A DNA stretch of 32,000 nt from Demequinaceae bacterium (GTDB lineage: Bacteria > Actinomycetota > Actinomycetes > Actinomycetales > Demequinaceae): contig OZ252279.1 of NCBI GenBank assembly GCA_965250005.1, positions 780,001 through 812,000 of the forward strand, in the 5' to 3' direction. Every line of letters begins with the position of its first letter. Positions within the stretch are counted from its first letter, which is position 1. Positions 28,201-32,000 of the stretch are shown here, piece by piece. The notes beneath the pieces are model-generated. The model saw nothing but the letters and a program-made list of their open reading frames with translations, was not told the origin of the DNA and searched no databases. The position numbers and the translations under genes are program-made.

Positions 28201-31200
28201 GACCCGAGCGGTGCGCGCAGCGAGGTTGGCTACGACGCGCTGTCGCGCCCGGTGACGTTCACGGACGCACTCGGCAATGCCGACACTGTCACGTACCTGC
28301 CTGGCGGTGTCGCTGGCACCGAAACGGATGCGCTCGGGCGCACCTCGAGTTACGGCTACGACGTCATGGGCCGCCTGCTGTCCGTGACCACGCCGGATGG
28401 CGAGACGCGCGCTTACAGCTACGACGCGAACGGCCGGCTGGTGTCGGCCACCAACGCCCGCGGCTTCACGCAGACGTATCAGCTGGACGCGCTCGGTCGC
28501 GAGGTGTCAATGACGGACGCGCTCGGCAACCTGTGGCGCGCGGAACTCGACGCACTCGGCAACGTGACCGCGACCGTCGACCCGCTCGGCAGCCGCACCC
28601 AGATGGAATACGACGCCCTGTCGCGCCCGGTCGCGACCAAGGACGCACTCGGTGGACGTGCGAGCGTCGCCTATGACGCCGTTGGACGTGCAACGTCGGT
28701 GACCAACCAGAATGGCAACTCGATCAGTTACCAGTACGACGCACTCGGCCGCCCCACGCGCACCACGTACCCCGAGGGCTTGTTCACGACCACCGGCTAT
28801 AACGCCCGGGGTTTGGCCGTAGCGGTGGTGGGCACACGCGGTTTTCCGACCGCCTACGAGTACGACGCCCGCGGCATGCAAACGGCGATGGTGGACGAGG
28901 CCGGCGAACGCTGGCTCACCGAGTACGACTCGCGCGGCAACGTCGTCGCGAACATCGACCCCTCCGGCGGGCGGACCGAGTTTGACTACGACGCGCTCTC
29001 GCGCCGGGTCGCCTCGACGGACCAAGTGGGCGCGCTCACCTCGTTCGTCTACGACGCCGTGGGACAGATGACGTCTTCGACCGACGCGTTGGGAAACCCC
29101 ACGGCATACGTGTTTGACGCGATGGGGCGGGTGGCCGCGGCCACGACCGCCGACGGCGCCACCGTTGTGTACGGCTACGACGCCGACGGTAACCTGACGT
29201 CCTTCATCAACCAGCGCGGGTTTACGGAGACGTTCCAGCTCGACGCGCTCGACCGCATGGTGTCGCGCACCGACACCCTGGGCGGCACCTGGACCACGGA
29301 GTTCGACACCCGGGGCAACGCGACTGCCACGGTGGACCCGCTGGGCAACCGGACCGAGTCCACGTACGATGCGCTGTCGCGCGTAGTTGGCGTGACGGAC
29401 GCGCTCGCCGGTGAGGCGACCTTCACGTACGACGCCCTCGGCGCCCGCACGTCCACCACGAACGCGCTGGGCCAGACCACGGCCATCGAGTACGACACGC
29501 TGGGCCGCCCGGTCGCGTCGACGTTCGCGGACGGCACCACCGTGAGCAACGCTTACGACGCCGCCGGCCTGGTGGTCAGCTCGACCGATCAGCGCGGGAA
29601 CGCGATGTCCTACGAGTACGACGCGCGCGGGCTCAACGTCGCGAGCGTGGACACCGCGGGCCAGCGCTGGCTGACCGAGTACGACTCGCGCGGCAACGCC
29701 ACCGCGACGGTGGACCCCCTTAGCGCGCGGTCAACCGCTGAGTACGACGCGGCCTCGCGCCCCGTCGCCGTTGTCGACGCTGTCGGTGCACGGACCACGT
29801 TCGCGTACGACGCGCTCGGGCAGGTGGTCTCCACGACCAACGCCCTGGGCGACACCACGGCGTACACCTACGACGCCATGCAGCGTATGGTCACCATGAC
29901 CACTCCCGAAGGCGCCACGAGCCAGTACGGCTACGACGCCAACGGAAACACCACCTCGATCACCAACGCGCTCGGCGATGTCCTTGCCACCGAATACGAC
30001 GCCGCAGGCCGCGCGATTGCTACGGTGCTCCCTGACGGCGGCCGTACTGAGACCGCGCGCGACGCCCTGGGACGCGAGATCGCCACCACCGACGCCCTGG
30101 GCAACACCACCAGCGTGACGTACGACGCTCTCGGCCGCGCGACCATCGTGGTTGACGCCGCCGGTTTCTCCACGACCGCAACCTACGACGCGGGCGGCAA
30201 CCGCCTGTCAACGACGGACGCCCGCGGCGGGATCACCGCGTTCGTGTACGACGTGATGAACAGGCTCGTGTCAACCACCAACGCCGAAGGCGAAACCCGC
30301 ACACAGTCCTACGACGCAGCGGGCAACGTCACGGATGGGGTCGACGCGCTGGGCGTGGCGACGCACTTCACATATGACGTGCGGAACCTGCTGACCGAGA
30401 CAATCGAGAACTACTTGCCGGCCGAGCCGTCGAGCGAGTCGGTCAACGTGACGACGTCGGTGAGCTACGACGCCCGCGGCGACGCGGTGGCGACCGTAGA
30501 CCCGCGCGGCAACGCCACGACGTATGTGCGCGACGCGCTTGGCCGCGTGGCGGCAGAAACGGACGCACTCGGCCAGACCAGCGTCGTCGGCTTCGACGCG
30601 CTTGGCCGCCCGTCCGTGGTGACCGCACCTGATGGCTCGGTGACGGCGACCACCTACTCGCCCGACGGCTACCCCGTTGAGATCGCGTTCCCCGATCAGA
30701 CCGTGACATCCGAATTCGACGCGCTGGGCAACCGAACGTCCATGACCGACGCGCTCGGAACGTCTTCCTGGACGTACGACTGGGCCTCACGGGTCACCGT
30801 CGCCGTGGACGCGCTAGGCCAGAAGAACACGAACCAATACGACCTCGCAGGCAACCAAACCCGCGTGACATATGATGACGGCCGCTCGCTGCTGCGCACG
30901 TTCGATGCACGCAACCTAGCCGTCACGCAGGCTGATGCTGACGACATCACATCCTTTGATTACGATCAGGCCGGTGCGCTGGTAGGTATTTCGCGCCCGT
31001 CGGGTGTGGAGACCGCCATCGACCGCGACCTACTAGGCCGGGTGACGGCGATTGTTCACACCGGTGAAGGCGTCGTGGGCAACACGCTTCCTAGTGGTGA
31101 GGTGAATCCGTCGTCGATGGCTCCGGGTAATGCGTATGGGCATTGCAAGGACAACGGGAATGGCCACCCGAACCAGCAGCCTGCGGGTTGTTCGACGCAA

Positions 31201-32000
31201 GCTCTGACGTTCGAGTACGAGTACGACGCGCGTGGTCTGGTGGATGAGCGGGAGCTGTCCACGGATGAGGCGACCACGCTCACGGATTACACGCATGATG
31301 CGCTTGGGCGTCTGACGGAGTCTGTCACCGGTGACTATGTGGCCACGTATGGGTGGGATGCGGCGTCGAACTTGGTGTTTGAGTCGGTGTCTGAGGATCT
31401 GTCGACGAACAAGAAGGGTGATGGGTACACGGTCACCTGGACCGTCAACGCGATCAACCAGCTCACGCAGTCGGTGATGGATCCGTCGGCGATGCCGGCG
31501 AACAAGACGGAAACGACGGCGTTCTCTTATGACGCGCGCGGCAACCGCACGCAGGCGTTGACGACCACGACGTCGGGCAACAAGACGCACACGGTCAGCG
31601 ACATCCAGTACTCGTATGACGGTCGCGATTTGGTCAGTTCTGTGACCGGTGGTGACACGGATGTGGCGTATGCGCGTGACGGCGTGGGCCGTGCTCTTGA
31701 GGTGTCCGAGGATGGTGACACCCGCACCCGCCTGTATGACGGGCTAGCGATCGTGCGTGATGGTGACACTCAGCTGACGCGCGGTCCGGGTGGTGCGGTG
31801 TTGTTTGAGGCCACGATGGTGACGTCGGGCAAGGGCAAGAAGGCGACGACCTCGATCCAGACGGTGGATGTGCTGGCGGACCTGCTGGGTTCGGCTGTCA
31901 CGACCGCCACGGATGGCGTGATTTCTGCGGACCTGGCGCTGTTTGGAGACTTTGGTGACCTACTGACAGACACCTCCCTGGACACCGTCACTGGGTTTAC
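25240..32000 (+). CDS. Giant secreted RHS/YD-repeat protein (3' end beyond window)
   Basis: ATG 25240 with AAGGGG SD; signal peptide MHTVARSILTAMLTAALAIGVVTPVYA; Amidase_3-like region; DPVNLATGNFLASEEVFTLSGVGDQVIDLTLAYNALDGR...GNGWNFGY (RHS entry domain); dozens of xxYDALGRxxxxTDALGNxT units. Open for at least 2253 codons to the edge. Not listed in the ORF track because it has no stop in the window. Confidence 0.95.
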   Translation, partial: MHTVARSILTAMLTAALAIGVVTPVYAVDDSLLLEGESTTIALPDGGEADFNVVDQATDGASVEAEPIAVEGATAETIDGDVFALSDGVSIVATDAAGEDISDFEHDVTIVEATEDTPAYVSEFIPAIELTFPISEEQLAEVDVASLGVYSRESEDDEWQWVPSAYDAELGAVVAQSDHLSEFTVMAAPAAVAPDPTVPRIALDPDDALGKALWNGTVYNELQFSHAVATAVKARLENECLAEVLITRNSSTAFVARTTRSNRIRNFDADIAMTLAFNNYNTASDGIARPWGISRDGGVVAWSASNSASTRLGNNTKTQIVNWTGRPDRRGLNPPSSVLPYSQLVGSAPAYAHAELLFLSHNYDWPIISTRLDLVTDAVYSSIIQQIEATGGIACAEPVTLPTPPTQDVLDDLAQLGQNNYQIYGTDPVNLATGNFLASEEVFTLSGVGDQVIDLTLAYNALDGRVSPVGNGWNFGYSSRAQLYDNGAVMAILADGRSVYFESDGAGGFATPAGARSTLAAVEGGAVLTFADNTSLEFTFDEESGYGTLARAVDRQGNAYTLVYGPLAEAAEGGYTFPPLQSITDQAGQTVAVQSTPEGRITGFTHPDGRQWTLAYDAAGNLTSISDGANRTRSFAYNAGGLLEVVTGADGVAELTNVFDTEQRVVIQTDGAGYIRTIAYGPNRETTLTDALGNASTLSHNDKNQVVRALDAEGGVTLNGYDDNYNPNTSTDANGNVFTSEFDVYGRVKSSTNALGETTTYGYNPRGDLVSISSPDPNGGTATTSFVLNEDGRATETHLPDGTVTYASFDAHGDMTSITDATGGVTTMAYDWRGNSVTSTDALGHVTARTYDLANRLTSVTDAKGALTTLAYDAADNLISTLDALGGVATFVYDVNDSLVSETNEAGETATYEYNVNLQLTAANRADGSRIEYLYDAEHRMVAQTNPDGTRRTWEYDGLGRATVMVDEAGARWLTEYDAIGNPVASIDPSGARSEVGYDALSRPVTFTDALGNADTVTYLPGGVAGTETDALGRTSSYGYDVMGRLLSVTTPDGETRAYSYDANGRLVSATNARGFTQTYQLDALGREVSMTDALGNLWRAELDALGNVTATVDPLGSRTQMEYDALSRPVATKDALGGRASVAYDAVGRATSVTNQNGNSISYQYDALGRPTRTTYPEGLFTTTGYNARGLAVAVVGTRGFPTAYEYDARGMQTAMVDEAGERWLTEYDSRGNVVANIDPSGGRTEFDYDALSRRVASTDQVGALTSFVYDAVGQMTSSTDALGNPTAYVFDAMGRVAAATTADGATVVYGYDADGNLTSFINQRGFTETFQLDALDRMVSRTDTLGGTWTTEFDTRGNATATVDPLGNRTESTYDALSRVVGVTDALAGEATFTYDALGARTSTTNALGQTTAIEYDTLGRPVASTFADGTTVSNAYDAAGLVVSSTDQRGNAMSYEYDARGLNVASVDTAGQRWLTEYDSRGNATATVDPLSARSTAEYDAASRPVAVVDAVGARTTFAYDALGQVVSTTNALGDTTAYTYDAMQRMVTMTTPEGATSQYGYDANGNTTSITNALGDVLATEYDAAGRAIATVLPDGGRTETARDALGREIATTDALGNTTSVTYDALGRATIVVDAAGFSTTATYDAGGNRLSTTDARGGITAFVYDVMNRLVSTTNAEGETRTQSYDAAGNVTDGVDALGVATHFTYDVRNLLTETIENYLPAEPSSESVNVTTSVSYDARGDAVATVDPRGNATTYVRDALGRVAAETDALGQTSVVGFDALGRPSVVTAPDGSVTATTYSPDGYPVEIAFPDQTVTSEFDALGNRTSMTDALGTSSWTYDWASRVTVAVDALGQKNTNQYDLAGNQTRVTYDDGRSLLRTFDARNLAVTQADADDITSFDYDQAGALVGISRPSGVETAIDRDLLGRVTAIVHTGEGVVGNTLPSGEVNPSSMAPGNAYGHCKDNGNGHPNQQPAGCSTQALTFEYEYDARGLVDERELSTDEATTLTDYTHDALGRLTESVTGDYVATYGWDAASNLVFESVSEDLSTNKKGDGYTVTWTVNAINQLTQSVMDPSAMPANKTETTAFSYDARGNRTQALTTTTSGNKTHTVSDIQYSYDGRDLVSSVTGGDTDVAYARDGVGRALEVSEDGDTRTRLYDGLAIVRDGDTQLTRGPGGAVLFEATMVTSGKGKKATTSIQTVDVLADLLGSAVTTATDGVISADLALFGDFGDLLTDTSLDTVTGF
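25834..26406 (+). other. Amidase_3-like domain inside the RHS protein N-terminus
   Basis: PRIALDPDDALGKALWNGTVYNELQFSHAVATAVKARLENECLAEVLITRNSSTAFVARTTRSNRIRNFDADIAMTLAFNNYN...RPDRRGLNPPSSVLPYSQLVGSAPAYAHAELLFLSHNYD...VYSSIIQQI follows the Amidase_3 motif order (ALDPGHGG, E, L...vlTR, R..iAN...AD.fiSiHaNa, RG, PavLvE.gFlsN..D). Confidence 0.55.
27050..31300 (+). repeat. YD-repeat array, basic unit about 21 aa (63 bp)
   Basis: Recurrent units such as TYDALGRATIVVDAAGFSTTA, with Y-D, G and T-D-x-x-G at regular spacing; approximate boundaries. Confidence 0.9.
28132..29643 (+). repeat. Higher-order repeat in the YD array: two consecutive 756-bp (252-aa) modules
   Basis: MVDEAGARWLTEYDAIGN (28132), MVDEAGERWLTEYDSRGN (28888) and SVDTAGQRWLTEYDSRGN (29644) are spaced exactly 756 bp; NARGFTQTYQLDAL (28453) and NQRGFTETFQLDAL (29209) are also exactly 756 bp apart. 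Confidence 0.85.

Noticed and set aside
27050-31300. Regular 63-bp periodicity, considered as a CRISPR or DNA-level satellite array
   Set aside because: The period is at the protein level (YD repeats) within one open frame; there are no identical short repeats with unique spacers.
25314-31991. Many minus-strand ORFs of 60-190 aa opposite the RHS gene
   Set aside because: They show repetitive Ser/Arg/Ala/Val-rich patterns that mirror the YD codons; explained as antisense shadows of the repeat array.

Overview
High-GC, Actinobacteria-like window. Left two thirds: the 3' end of a winged-helix/SufR-like regulator translationally coupled to a complete narGHJI operon, then a near-complete molybdenum cofactor set (mog/moaB, moaE, moaA, moaD, DUF6457-like, mobA, moaC, moeA, MoeB/ThiF-like E1), then a tetrapyrrole cluster (sirohydrochlorin chelatase-like, cysG/cobA-like, hemL, hemB, hemD, hemC), a degraded YceI-like pseudogene, a CopC-domain protein and two coupled GT4 glycosyltransferases. 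Right third is more unusual: (i) a very Trp-rich polytopic membrane protein (about 19% Trp in its membrane half by hand count) built from two tandem repeats of about 220 aa behind a secreted, cysteine-containing N-terminal domain; (ii) an orphan tandem-HTH protein; (iii) a giant secreted RHS/YD-repeat protein (at least 2253 aa, open at the right edge). The RHS protein has an Amidase_3-like N-terminal domain that appears to lack both zinc-binding histidines, an exact 252-aa higher-order repeat, and a codon-usage shift toward its C-terminal end. No CRISPR array, tRNA, rRNA or recognisable IS element was seen. No complete multi-gene novel system can be demonstrated; the Trp-rich protein and the RHS N-terminal architecture are the best candidates for something undescribed.
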